A stretch of DNA of 64,000 nt, from NCBI GenBank assembly GCA_964538455.1, contig CAZIDZ010000003.1:129832-193831 (forward strand), given 5' to 3'. This DNA comes from an uncultured bacterium (GTDB lineage Bacteria; Electryoneota; Electryoneia; Electryoneales; Electryoneaceae). This document shows, piece after piece, positions 45,484-57,128 of this stretch (its first letter is position 1; every line of letters begins with the position of its first letter). The notes beneath the pieces are model-generated. The model was not told the origin of the DNA and did not search any database. It saw only the letters and a list, made by a program, of their open reading frames with translations. The translations under genes and the position numbers were made by a program.

Positions 45484-46628
45484 CTCGTGTGATCCCAGAT
45501 CATCTGCGAACCCTTGGTCACCGCGTTGAATACTCCCGTGGCTGCGGCGCGCAGCATTAGCACAAGGTAATACGCGTGCGAAAGCAGGGGGATGGGACGT
45601 TCGGAGCCAAGCCCCCGGCCTAATAGACCAAAGAAACCGAGCAGCGAAGAGGCTCCGAAGACGGCAACGTCGAAGCCGTTGTTGCGGCGGGTGAGGATGC
45701 GTAAAGTCGAGGCCAGCAGGGCGGCCCCAAGCAGAAATGGCGAGAGCCAGCGTAAAACCTTATGACTCCACAACAGCAGCGCGAGCCGGCCGCTTCTCCC
45801 AGGATTGAGCAGTTCGGGGAACTTGAGCACACTCGCCACGGAGCGACGCACGATGCGCTCTTTGCGCGCGAGCTCGGCTCGGAAATCCTGTTCCGCCGAT
45901 TCCCAGGCCACAGCCTCCGGCGCATAAACCGTCCGGTAGCCTGCCTGGGCGATCAGTAGCGGTTCGAGCAGGTCGCTGATCGCGTCGGCAGGGAGGGGAA
46001 TGTACTGCTCGCGGCGGACCGCATAGATCGAGCCGTTCGCCCCGATCAGCCCGCCGGTCCTCGATTCCGCCCGCTTCAATCCCGTTTCCAGAAAATTCCA
46101 ATAGGCGGATTCGGTGGCGTCGGTGGCACGCTCGCCGTTTCTGTACCGGTGGCGGCCGCTCACCGCGCCGATCGCGCTCTCCGTAAACGGTGCGACCAGC
46201 GGGCGCAGGGCATCTTCTTCGAACAGCGTGTTGGCGTCGGTGAACGCGAGAATCTCGGCTTCTGAGTCCGCTGCCGCACGGTTCTGCGCCTCTGTCTTGC
46301 CGATCTCGCCGAACTCGAGCACTCGCACTCCCCGATCGTCGTAACCGCGGGCGATTTCCACGGTGTTGTCCTTACAACCGTTGGCCAGAACCGTGGTCTG
46401 CAGACGGCCTTTCGGGTACTTCAGATTCAGGCAATTCTCGATTCTACCCGCGATCCCCGCCTGCTCATTGCGCGCCGAGATGAATAACTCCACCTGCGGC
46501 AAATCCGCGTCCTCCGGAATCGCCCATTCCGTCTCCCGTTTCCTCGATGCTGCAGCCAGCAGAATCACAGGGAAGAGGAGGAAAGAGTAAAAAAGGAGGA
46601 GAAGACATGATATGAGCAGAGCGGCCAC
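45480..46628 (-). CDS. Family 2 glycosyltransferase (membrane-anchored)
   Basis: The GT-A core is VELFISARNEQAGI...VLANGCKDNT...AFTDANT. Confidence 0.7.
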   Translation of the reverse strand: MAALLISCLLLLFYSFLLFPVILLAAASRKRETEWAIPEDADLPQVELFISARNEQAGIAGRIENCLNLKYPKGRLQTTVLANGCKDNTVEIARGYDDRGVRVLEFGEIGKTEAQNRAAADSEAEILAFTDANTLFEEDALRPLVAPFTESAIGAVSGRHRYRNGERATDATESAYWNFLETGLKRAESRTGGLIGANGSIYAVRREQYIPLPADAISDLLEPLLIAQAGYRTVYAPEAVAWESAEQDFRAELARKERIVRRSVASVLKFPELLNPGRSGRLALLLWSHKVLRWLSPFLLGAALLASTLRILTRRNNGFDVAVFGASSLLGFFGLLGRGLGSERPIPLLSHAYYLVLMLRAAATGVFNAVTKGSQMIWDHTR

Positions 46629-46790
46629 GTTCTACCCTCGCTTCCCGGGTTCATACCCCGAAGACGCCGGAATTGATGACAGTTGGTGCACAGGATACAC
46701 GGTCAATCCTACTCTGCTCACGGAAAAGGGCTGATCTTGAATTCGGAATAGACTCTGCAAAGCCAGCGAATTTTGAGACGTACAAGGATG

Positions 46791-48257
46791 TTAGAGCCGT
46801 TCCCAATTTTCGGTATCACATTCATAGACGTTGTTGATACGATTTCGCTTGATAATATAACGTTCGTAAAGGATGATGGTTATTGCAAAAACCATCATCC
46901 AGATGTACACGTGCGCAAAATAGATCATCGACACTTCGGTCATGCCCGAAAACATGATGCCGGCGATCGCGGTGAACAGAGACGCACCGATGATCCGCAA
47001 TTCAACGTGTTCGGCTCTTTTGTAGATACGGTAGGAACGCTGCAATGCGGTAAAATAGACGGCGCAGAGTAGAATCAACTGAATGATACCGCCCTTGAAC
47101 AAGGCGATCACGTAGCTATTGTCAATGAATCGAAAGGAACTTCCGGTACCTGCAGAACGAAGTTCCGAGCCGGCGCCCATGCCGAGCAGGAAGTTTCCGT
47201 GCAGAATCTTTAACGCTCGGTTGATATCAAAGAACCTCATCAGGAGGGAATTATCACTCAGGTTTCCCACACCTTGCCAACGGCCCAGAATGATATTGAT
47301 ATCTACGTTGAACAAGCTTGCGCTAAAATAGAGCAAACCAAATAAAAACATAAAGTATATCGCGTACAATAAGATACTTTTGAAAATTCTATTGAATGTG
47401 ATACCGTATCTGTTAATATAAAGGAAATAAAATAACATGAACAAAAAGATTAATTCAACCCATAACATCCTTTTCTGCGATAAAATGATCAATAATATTT
47501 GGATAAATCCCAATATGCTTAGCGAAATTCGCCATAGCATCTTTTTCTTTATGTGGAAAAGACCGAGTGTCAGCGGTAAGCCTACAACTCCAATATACGC
47601 ATGATTCGTTATCGGCCTGAATATCACAAAATCCAATATGTTGGTAAACGCTCTGCTGATAAGATACCCAAACTCTAGCGACACAAAAGTCGATAGAATT
47701 ACAATATATAATAGCCATCTCATGATATTTTTATTATATAATACATAATACCAAATAAAGAAACCTAAAAACATAAATAGTTGGCTAAATTCTATTAGTA
47801 AATTTGCTGAATTATTTCCAAATGCCATACCACGCACAATTGCAAAAATAGCATAATAAATATAAGCATAAATTATAATGTTCAAATAATTATCTGCAAC
47901 AACGGCTTTCACCTCTGTTCTCTTAATGAATGAGGTACTATAAAAAACTACACAAAGGCTTAATATTATAATAATATAAATCGTTTTATCATAGAAATAG
48001 AATGGAAATATATTGAACACCTCACCCCAGTGTTCTGCCGGAATTAAAGCTACATATAGTAGAAACAATACCGGGAGAAACCAGTTCTTCCACGCAAACT
48101 TGATGAAAATAAACATGGCGAAGAGGAAGATGATCCCATACGCCATATTGAATTTTATCGAAATCAGCAGAAAGGCGGGAATGAACAGCCACCAAATGGC
48201 TTTCACATACTGGCGAAGGCTGAAAAGCTGCCCTGATTTTTGTACGATCGCGTTCAT
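46791..48257 (-). CDS. Wzy/O-antigen ligase-like polytopic membrane protein (polysaccharide polymerase candidate)
   Basis: A 488-aa protein with more than 10 TM segments, rich in F/I/Y/L. The gene is strongly AT-rich compared with its flanks and lies between the wzz-like gene and GT2. Confidence 0.55.
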   Translation of the reverse strand: MNAIVQKSGQLFSLRQYVKAIWWLFIPAFLLISIKFNMAYGIIFLFAMFIFIKFAWKNWFLPVLFLLYVALIPAEHWGEVFNIFPFYFYDKTIYIIIILSLCVVFYSTSFIKRTEVKAVVADNYLNIIIYAYIYYAIFAIVRGMAFGNNSANLLIEFSQLFMFLGFFIWYYVLYNKNIMRWLLYIVILSTFVSLEFGYLISRAFTNILDFVIFRPITNHAYIGVVGLPLTLGLFHIKKKMLWRISLSILGFIQILLIILSQKRMLWVELIFLFMLFYFLYINRYGITFNRIFKSILLYAIYFMFLFGLLYFSASLFNVDINIILGRWQGVGNLSDNSLLMRFFDINRALKILHGNFLLGMGAGSELRSAGTGSSFRFIDNSYVIALFKGGIIQLILLCAVYFTALQRSYRIYKRAEHVELRIIGASLFTAIAGIMFSGMTEVSMIYFAHVYIWMMVFAITIILYERYIIKRNRINNVYECDTENWERL

Positions 48258-48266
48258 TGGCGCAAT

Positions 48267-49490
48267 TCAGCCAAGCTCGTCGAATGAGTCTTTGCGGAAG
48301 AACTGTTTCAGATTCAAATGGTCAAATACATACCTGACTTGATCATATTTCTCTCGATTTCCGTCCTTCAGGTTGTTGACCCATTCCACGAAAGAAACGA
48401 CCGTGTAAATAATCAGAAAACCGAGCATCACAAATGCGATCACAATCAGAGCGCGTTTCGGTCGGATCCGTTTATCCGGCACCTGCCCCCAGTCAAGCAC
48501 GTACACGTTGCTGTTTTCGCGAAGTTCTGAAATTCGTGCTTGCTCGTATTGCGGCAATAGGAACTGCAGTATCACGGTTTGCAGGTCTAGCTCGCGCTCC
48601 ATGTGGTAATAGCGCACACCGACTTCGGGAGCGACATCCAGAGTGAGGATATAATCTGTCGCACGCTTGTCACTCTGTTCCGTGACACGATCGAGTTCCC
48701 CGCGCAACGCTTTCACACGTTCACGGAGCAGCGAGATGTCGGTCGTGTTCTGCGGGAGGGTCTGTTCCATGACTTTCAGGTTTACTTCCGCGATTACGAG
48801 ACTCTTATAGATTTCCGTTGCGGCTTCAACCGCGGCATGGACCTGATCCTCAACGGAAACAACGCCTGTCTTTTTCTGAAAAGCGATGAATTCATCTTCC
48901 AGCTTATGAATGTCGTCATAGGTCTCGTCGACGCGCCTGCCGATATATTCACGTTGGTTTTTCGCTTGGGAGTGGATCACATCGACATAATGATCCTGCA
49001 TCCAATTGACGATGAAATTGACCGTATTGGCCGCAAGTTCGGGTGTCTTTTCATCGACAGAAATCGAAATGCTGCCCTGCTCCGTAAACTCCCATCGAAC
49101 CAGTTTTTCGTAGATTTTATACCCCTCCATCCGCGATTTCGCCTTGTGATTCTTAGTCCAATCGAATTTGTCTATCACGGCGTCCCGCAGGTTTCGGCTC
49201 TCAAGGATCGCCATTGCTAGGTACGATTCATTGCCCATCGCTCCGGGAACGCCAATCGCTCCCAATCCCAATCCTGGCAGCAAGGAGCTCAATCCTGTTT
49301 GCTCCGCTGGCGGCGGCAGAACCAGAGCTTCACTTCTGAACCACTGCTGCGCCAGCAGTGCGTAAACGACGGAAGCGGCGGCGACAAGAGCAAGGAAAAG
49401 GATAAAGGTCCGTCTCCACCGGATGATACGTGCGAGGTGATCCCAGAGTGTGACCCTGTTCTCTTCCGCTTCACGGGACTGCATCTTCAC
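48267..49490 (-). CDS. Polysaccharide co-polymerase (Wzz/chain-length determinant family)
   Basis: It has an N-terminal TM, a ~300-aa periplasmic coiled-coil region and a C-terminal TM (ALIVIAFVMLGFLIIYTVV). This is the PCP topology. Confidence 0.6.
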   Translation of the reverse strand: MKMQSREAEENRVTLWDHLARIIRWRRTFILFLALVAAASVVYALLAQQWFRSEALVLPPPAEQTGLSSLLPGLGLGAIGVPGAMGNESYLAMAILESRNLRDAVIDKFDWTKNHKAKSRMEGYKIYEKLVRWEFTEQGSISISVDEKTPELAANTVNFIVNWMQDHYVDVIHSQAKNQREYIGRRVDETYDDIHKLEDEFIAFQKKTGVVSVEDQVHAAVEAATEIYKSLVIAEVNLKVMEQTLPQNTTDISLLRERVKALRGELDRVTEQSDKRATDYILTLDVAPEVGVRYYHMERELDLQTVILQFLLPQYEQARISELRENSNVYVLDWGQVPDKRIRPKRALIVIAFVMLGFLIIYTVVSFVEWVNNLKDGNREKYDQVRYVFDHLNLKQFFRKDSFDELG

Positions 49491-49660
49491 TCCAATTACG
49501 AGGATAAGCTGTCGTTGTGATCCTATCTTTCATCCAGCTTGCAAAGGTAAACCTTGCCCCTGCTGGACGCAAGGTATACTTTTGCTGCTGCCGCCGGGAG
49601 TATGCTGTTTAGGTTATTGATATTAAAGCGTATTAAGAGTGCATTTGAACGGACACGCCG

Positions 49661-51178
49661 GTGAACAAGACTAAAAAACAGCCTGCTCCTGTAAGCACGC
49701 TAGCCAGGGGAATCGCCTTCCTTTCCGGGGGTATGTTTCTCTCCTTTCTCCTCTCGTTTTTCTCCGCCCCGATTACTTCACGCCTGTTTCCGCCCCAGGC
49801 GTTTGGCCTGGCGGCGCTCTTCGCTTCCTTCGGTACGATTGTGGGTCCGATCGCCGCGCTAAGATATGACAAGGCAATCCTGCTGCCCAAAGAAGGCCGC
49901 GATGCCTCGCAGCTATTCGTCCTCTCTCTGTTCTGGATTGCCATCGTTTCGGTCCTGCTGTTTTTCGGCGTCTATCATTGGGGCCCAGCCATCCTTCAAC
50001 GGCTACAGGCATCTTCGCTGATACGTGTCCTCTGGTGGTTCCCGCTTAGCGTAACTCTGTTTGCGCTGGCGCTGCCAATTCAGGCGTGGCTGACAAGGCG
50101 CGAAAACTACCGTGTCCTCGCCGAGCAGCGTGTGTGGAAACAGGGAGGCCTGTCCGCTTTCGCTATCGGCGGTGGTGCTATCGGCTTTCAAAGCGGAATG
50201 CACCTCGCAGGGCTTCGCCTCCTCGGTCTGATCCTTGGCCCACTGCGGATGATCTTGTTCATGCTCCGGCATCGCGGGACTCTACCGAATGGCGTCTATC
50301 TCCGCGGCGTCGTCCAACAGATGAAACGCTACTGGAAATTCCCGGCTTTCTCGGTGAGTGATTCCCTGCTGGAAGCCGCTGGACGCGAAGCTCCGGTGAT
50401 CCTGCTTGCGTACTTTTTCAACCCGGCGATCGTCGGCTTTTATACGCGCGCAGCTGTCCTCGTGAGGATCCCTTTCCTTGTGCTCGGACTCGCGCTGGAG
50501 CAAGTGTTCTTTCAACAGGCGAGCGCTCGGCATGCGAACGGGCAGAGTATTCGCGAACTGACCGAACGCCTGTACCGGAGTGTCATCCGCTACATGTTTC
50601 TTCCATTTGCGCTGTTGTGCCTGCTCGGCCCGGATCTCTTCCAATTCTTCCTGGGTGCGCCCTGGCGTGAGGCCGGAGTGTTCGTATCGCTTCTGGCCCC
50701 GTTTATTCTCCTCAGGCTCGTCGTCGTCCCGCTGGGCACCCTTTACAACGTCCTCGAACGGCAGGGGGTGGGGCTGACTTTCACACTGACACTTTTCGTG
50801 GTGCAGATCGCGGCGCTGATCGCAGGCGGGAAAATCGGAAATTCACGCACGGCTTTGCTTGTCTATTCGCTCGGTGGCATCGTCGTGCTGGCGCTGCTCG
50901 GTGCCTGGTCGTTGCGCGCGGCCGAGGTCCCGCTGTTGCGTTCTATCTGGCTTCTCCTGAAATCCGCCGTTGTCAGCGGTTTGTTTCTCCTGCCCGCGCT
51001 GGTAATGCAGCTGATGCTGAAACTCTCGTTCGGTTGGGTCGCCCTCGCCGCCGCAGTCACCGTCGCGGTTTATTACACGCTTCACATCGCCAGCGATCCG
51101 GACGCTAGGAACCTGATCGAGAGTATTCGCTCTCAACTCGGAACCAACCGCGATGGCGGATTCGACATCCGGGAGTAG
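49661..51178 (+). CDS. Wzx-like oligosaccharide flippase (MOP/polysaccharide biosynthesis protein family)
   Basis: A 505-aa protein with ~12-14 TM segments. Its size and position next to the polysaccharide genes fit Wzx. Confidence 0.6.
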   Translation: MNKTKKQPAPVSTLARGIAFLSGGMFLSFLLSFFSAPITSRLFPPQAFGLAALFASFGTIVGPIAALRYDKAILLPKEGRDASQLFVLSLFWIAIVSVLLFFGVYHWGPAILQRLQASSLIRVLWWFPLSVTLFALALPIQAWLTRRENYRVLAEQRVWKQGGLSAFAIGGGAIGFQSGMHLAGLRLLGLILGPLRMILFMLRHRGTLPNGVYLRGVVQQMKRYWKFPAFSVSDSLLEAAGREAPVILLAYFFNPAIVGFYTRAAVLVRIPFLVLGLALEQVFFQQASARHANGQSIRELTERLYRSVIRYMFLPFALLCLLGPDLFQFFLGAPWREAGVFVSLLAPFILLRLVVVPLGTLYNVLERQGVGLTFTLTLFVVQIAALIAGGKIGNSRTALLVYSLGGIVVLALLGAWSLRAAEVPLLRSIWLLLKSAVVSGLFLLPALVMQLMLKLSFGWVALAAAVTVAVYYTLHIASDPDARNLIESIRSQLGTNRDGGFDIRE

Positions 51179-51186
51179 CGCCCCGC

Positions 51187-52863
51187 TTACCCGGGCGGCG
51201 TCCCCTGCCCGCTAGCACGGAACCAGCGCGGAAGAATCGCCAGCACCGCAACTCCGAAAATCAGGCCTACCCATGCGGGAATTCCGAGTCCGGAGGGGAG
51301 ATAGCCGAAGATGAGGGCGACCGCGCCCGAGATCAGGGCGTACGGGATTTGCGTGTTCACATGGTCGATATGGTGGCAGCCGCTCGCCATCGAGGAGAGG
51401 ATCGTCGTGTCGCTGATCGGGCTGCAGTGATCGCCGAATGTCGCGCCCGCGAGCACGGCGCCGACGCCGCCCAGCAGCACCCCGTGCGCAACAGCCGCGC
51501 TGCTCCCCGCTTCCAGCGGAAGCTGGTGAGCAAGCGGTATCGCGATCGGGATCAGGATCGCCATCGCTCCCCACGATGTCCCCGTCGAGAACGCCGTCGC
51601 GCAGGAGACGACGAAGAGCACGGCGGGGAGCAGAGCAGGGGTCAGATTTCCAGTCGCGCTGTCGATCACAAATTGCGCTGTCCCAAGCCTGCTGGTCACG
51701 TCACTCAACGACCACGCAAGCAGCAGAATCACCATCGCCGGCACCATCGAACGCAGCCCGTCGATCAATCCCTCGGATACTTCGCTCACTTTCACTCGCC
51801 CGATGGTGCCCGCGAGCAGCGCGGCGGAGAGCACCCCGAGAAACGATGAGGCGAGCAGCACGGAGGATGAATCCGCCCGGCCGAGAATCTCGAATAGTGG
51901 CGCCGGGTGCCCCAGCGCCGAACGCCCGGAGACGTACAAACCGACGAAGGTGGCGACAATCACCAATCCAATCGGGATCAGGGCGATCGCCAGCGCGTTC
52001 AATCCCGCCGGGGTCTCCGCCTCGACCGTGGAAATCGCATCCGCCTGACGGCTGGGATCGTTGCCCGCAACCGTCGCGCGCTCGACGGCGAGCATCGGGC
52101 CGATGTCGCGCTGCCAAAACGCCAGCGACGCCACGAGGATCAGCGTGAAGATGCTGTACGCGCGGTAAGGGATCGCCTGCAGGAACAGCGCGTAGGCGTC
52201 GCCGATTCCCGCCAGACCAACCGAAGCGTCCCGGATCAGACCCACTTCGAAGCCGATCCAGGTGCTGATCACCGCGATCGACGCGACAGGTGCAGCCGTC
52301 GAGTCGACGATGTACGCCAATTTCGCCCGCGAGATCCGGAGCCGGTCGGTGTAGGGGCGAAGCGTGTTGCCGACCAATAGCGTGTTTGCATAATCGTCGA
52401 AGAAGATGAACAGGCCCATCGCCCAGGAGACAAGCAGGCCGCCACGCCGCGTGTTGGAAAGTGCCCCGAGCGCTCGCACGATTCCCGCCATCGCCCCGGA
52501 GCGGGCGAGAATCCCGACCATGCCCCCAAGCATCAGGCTGAACAGTACTACGGAGGTGTGTGTCGGATTCGCCAGCGCGTTCTGCAGGAAATCCGTCGCC
52601 AAACGAACCAGCGCGCGCCCCGGTTCCGTCGGCGTCAGCAGCAGGCTCCCGACGTAAATACCCAGCAGCAGGGAACCCACCACCTCCTTTAGGATCAGCG
52701 CCAGTCCGATCGCGACGAGCGGCGGCAGGATGGACGTCCAGTGCGCGTGGGGCAGAGGGGAATCGATCGACGCCCAGGCGGCGGACACCACTCCGAAAAA
52801 GAGTGCCGCGGCGATTACGGTGCGAACCATGCCGCGTCTTTGAAATGGGTTTCTCAGCATCAT
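51187..52863 (-). CDS. NhaC-family Na+/H+ antiporter
   Basis: A 558-aa polytopic protein. Its N-terminal region (SILPPLVAIGLALILKEVVGSLLLGI) resembles NhaC. Confidence 0.6.
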   Translation of the reverse strand: MMLRNPFQRRGMVRTVIAAALFFGVVSAAWASIDSPLPHAHWTSILPPLVAIGLALILKEVVGSLLLGIYVGSLLLTPTEPGRALVRLATDFLQNALANPTHTSVVLFSLMLGGMVGILARSGAMAGIVRALGALSNTRRGGLLVSWAMGLFIFFDDYANTLLVGNTLRPYTDRLRISRAKLAYIVDSTAAPVASIAVISTWIGFEVGLIRDASVGLAGIGDAYALFLQAIPYRAYSIFTLILVASLAFWQRDIGPMLAVERATVAGNDPSRQADAISTVEAETPAGLNALAIALIPIGLVIVATFVGLYVSGRSALGHPAPLFEILGRADSSSVLLASSFLGVLSAALLAGTIGRVKVSEVSEGLIDGLRSMVPAMVILLLAWSLSDVTSRLGTAQFVIDSATGNLTPALLPAVLFVVSCATAFSTGTSWGAMAILIPIAIPLAHQLPLEAGSSAAVAHGVLLGGVGAVLAGATFGDHCSPISDTTILSSMASGCHHIDHVNTQIPYALISGAVALIFGYLPSGLGIPAWVGLIFGVAVLAILPRWFRASGQGTPPG

Positions 52864-52924
52864 AAATCGCCAGCAAACTTAGGCTTTGCGCTTCGTAGAG
52901 GCAAGGGTTCGCCGCTAAGTATCG

Positions 52925-52953
52925 TTGCAGGGTTCCGAGGCACTGTGTATATT
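52925..52953 (+). promoter_or_regulatory. Candidate sigma-70 promoter
   Basis: TTGCAG-17 nt-TATATT lies ~30 nt upstream of ATG 52985. Confidence 0.4.
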
Positions 52954-52984
52954 CACGTTCAACTTTGATCAATCCGGCGGAACC

Positions 52985-55558
52985 ATGGTCCGTACAGCGA
53001 GTTCCCCCGCCCTTGCACTGTTGCTTGCGTTGCTTCTCGCCGTGCCTGCGGCGGCCTCGCATGACTTTGCGTACCGGGCCGGGGATCCTTCCCAACCCTA
53101 CATACCCCAGACCGGGTTGTTCGCTCCCACCTCGGCCACCTGGTACAAACCGCTTTCGGGAACGTGGCACCTGCAGAGGGGAAAGGACCAATCCAGCCAG
53201 ATTGTAGTTCCCGGATGCTGGCCCAGCGGCGAAGGGAAAGTAACCCTCTCGACGACGTTCCGGATCCCCCCGGAGTACCAGCAGCGGCATCTTCACCTCG
53301 TCTTCTGGGGCGCGAGGCGGCATCTGTCGGTCAAGGTGAACGGCCGCCTTGTCGAGGCCTGGGACGCCGACTGGCCCACCTTCGACATCGAGCTTCCACG
53401 CTGGCTGCTGCAGTTCGACAAACCCAACGATCTTGAGGTCGAAATCCACGACGAGCTCAGCGCACGGCAGTCGATCCCGTTGAAACCAAAGCTGTATGAT
53501 TCCGTTCCCTATTCCGGCCTCTTCTCCGACGTCGCACTGGTGGCCGGACCCCTGATCGGAGTGGAGGATCTCGATTGGGACGTGCGCTTTCGAGACGACT
53601 ATTCGATCGCGGATTGGAAAATTGCCTTTTCCCTGCGCAACCTCCGCAATCCGAATATCGATTCGGTTGTCGTACAGAAACTCTCGATTCACGCCGAGTG
53701 GGATTCTCCGGACGGCCAGACACACGGCCGCAGCGAATCCGTCCCGATCACCATCGACGCGGTCGAACGCGTCCAGGGCGAAGTGCACGGCTCCATCCAG
53801 CACCCCCAACTCTGGAATCTTGAGAAACCGATTCTGTATTCGTTCCGCCTTGTCTTCCAGAGTGGTGACAGCGTCTGGTCCATCCCGTTCCGCTTCGGGT
53901 TGAGCGAGATCCGCTGGGCTCCCGACGGGATTTTGCTCAACGGAAAGCGCCTCCAGATCCGCGGTGTCGATGTACGGCAGGAAACGATCGGCCGCGGCAT
54001 TGCCCTCACGTCCGATGAGGTGCGCGCCGACCTGGAGAGGGTGAAAAACCTCGGCTTCAATCTCGTCCGCATCATCGGCGATCCGCCCCATCCCGCTACC
54101 GCGCGCATCTGTGACGAATTGGGCCTGCTGCTGGTGCCGCAGCTCGGGCTGCGGGGAATCCCCGAAACCATCTTCCTCTCAACGCCGTTTCACGATCGCC
54201 TCGCGAAAATGCTCACCGCTATGGTCCGCCGCGAGGGCATGCACCCGAGCATCGCCGCCTGGGGGTTGATCAATTGGGCTCCTCCGTCCGATGCCGTCGT
54301 CGACGATATCGGCCAACTCGCGTCGAACATCTCACAGCTCGATCAGCGCCCTTTGATGGCGGGATTCGCGATCAACGGATCGCGGCAGCTCCCCGAACAT
54401 GTCGTCGGGGTCGCCGAGCGATCGCCCTACCTCATTTTCAAGCCACTCGCCCCGCTGCATAACACTGCCGAGCCCTGGCTAATCGGCGGCCTCGGGGCGT
54501 TCGCGACACGCAACAGTCTCGCGGAAGACAGCATCCGCGGACAGGTTCGGCAGTCGGATGCGCTGCTCCACCAGCTCAAGGCGGCCCGCGCCATGCCCTC
54601 GGCGGGCTTTATCATCGACGCTTACGCCGACCGCCTCAGCGCCCTGCCGATGCTCATCGCCGGAGGAGAACGACTCAACAACGAAATCGCCCGCGGCCTG
54701 ATGACAAGCGACCGGGAGAAGCGCATCGCCTGGCAGAAAGTCGGCGAGGCGATGGGGCAACTCCGGATCGAGGCCCCGACACTCGAGACTCCTCATCCGG
54801 AATTCCCCATCATTTTCCCGCTCGCGACGATGGCGGTCGGGGGGTTCCTGCTGCTGATGATGCGCCAGAACAATGTCTTCCGGCACAATCTGCAGCGGAT
54901 GTTCGCGCACATGCACGGCTTCTTCGTTGACATTCGCGACAAACGTTACTTCCAGTCGGGCCAGACTTTCCTCGTTGCGCTGCTCTATTCCGCGCAGCAG
55001 GCGATCATCGAGGCTGGCTGGCTGCATCACAGCCGCTCGGATTTCGGCCTGGACTACCTGCTCACCCTGGCCATCCCGTTCTTCCAGGTGAAGGCGAGGC
55101 TCGTGGAATGGGCCTGGCAGCCGCTCCAGGGGCTGCTCGCTTTCACCGTGATCAATTTCCTCGGTCTCGTGCTGCTCGCCTTGCTCGTCCGCATTGTCTC
55201 AATTCCCTTCCGCGGCTCGTTGACCATCAAGCAGACCTTCAGCCTCGTCTCCTGGGCAAGCACAAATTTTCTGCTGCTGCTTCCGCTCGGCCTGATTCAC
55301 TACCGCCTGCTCGATTTCAGCTGGTTCCAGGTGACGGTGCTGATCCTGTACACAATCTTCATCTTCTGGTTCCTGGTGCGAATCGTCTCGATGATCCGGA
55401 TCGGCTACCGGGTGACCGTGCAGTCGGCTTGGCTGATTTTCCTGTTCATGATCGTTGTGCTCGCGGGCACCCTGCTGGTGCTCTACCGCAGCGGGTTTGC
55501 GATGCCGGAATACATCGACTTTTACACGAACGTGATCTCGCCCTGGGTAAAGGGCTGA
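52985..55558 (+). CDS. Secreted GH2-like (beta-galactosidase/glucuronidase fold) domain protein with C-terminal polytopic Yip1-like membrane domain
   Basis: The signal peptide is LALLLALLLAVPAAAS. The GH2-like region is LNGKRLQIRGVDVRQE...GFNLVRIIGDPPHP. The C-terminus has ~5 TM helices. Confidence 0.55.
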   Translation: MVRTASSPALALLLALLLAVPAAASHDFAYRAGDPSQPYIPQTGLFAPTSATWYKPLSGTWHLQRGKDQSSQIVVPGCWPSGEGKVTLSTTFRIPPEYQQRHLHLVFWGARRHLSVKVNGRLVEAWDADWPTFDIELPRWLLQFDKPNDLEVEIHDELSARQSIPLKPKLYDSVPYSGLFSDVALVAGPLIGVEDLDWDVRFRDDYSIADWKIAFSLRNLRNPNIDSVVVQKLSIHAEWDSPDGQTHGRSESVPITIDAVERVQGEVHGSIQHPQLWNLEKPILYSFRLVFQSGDSVWSIPFRFGLSEIRWAPDGILLNGKRLQIRGVDVRQETIGRGIALTSDEVRADLERVKNLGFNLVRIIGDPPHPATARICDELGLLLVPQLGLRGIPETIFLSTPFHDRLAKMLTAMVRREGMHPSIAAWGLINWAPPSDAVVDDIGQLASNISQLDQRPLMAGFAINGSRQLPEHVVGVAERSPYLIFKPLAPLHNTAEPWLIGGLGAFATRNSLAEDSIRGQVRQSDALLHQLKAARAMPSAGFIIDAYADRLSALPMLIAGGERLNNEIARGLMTSDREKRIAWQKVGEAMGQLRIEAPTLETPHPEFPIIFPLATMAVGGFLLLMMRQNNVFRHNLQRMFAHMHGFFVDIRDKRYFQSGQTFLVALLYSAQQAIIEAGWLHHSRSDFGLDYLLTLAIPFFQVKARLVEWAWQPLQGLLAFTVINFLGLVLLALLVRIVSIPFRGSLTIKQTFSLVSWASTNFLLLLPLGLIHYRLLDFSWFQVTVLILYTIFIFWFLVRIVSMIRIGYRVTVQSAWLIFLFMIVVLAGTLLVLYRSGFAMPEYIDFYTNVISPWVKG

Positions 55559-57037
<1,479 letters not shown>

Positions 57038-57063
57038 GCCCGCTGAAGATCTTTGAGAGAGGA

Positions 57064-57090
57064 AACGGGGAACGCAGCGCGTTCCCCGTT
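57064..57090. terminator. Bidirectional terminator hairpin between guaB (+) and rpsT (-)
   Basis: AACGGGGAACGC-AGC-GCGTTCCCCGTT forms a 12-bp perfect stem. Confidence 0.55.
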
Positions 57091-57128
57091 GTGTACCTTA
57101 CAGGTGGAAGGCGGATTCCGGAGTGGAT

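Noticed and set aside
52925-52984. ORF-track N-terminal extension MQGSEALCIFTFNFDQSGGT of the GH2-like protein
   Set aside because: The extension would overlap the predicted -35/-10 elements. A typical signal peptide begins at the Met at 52985.
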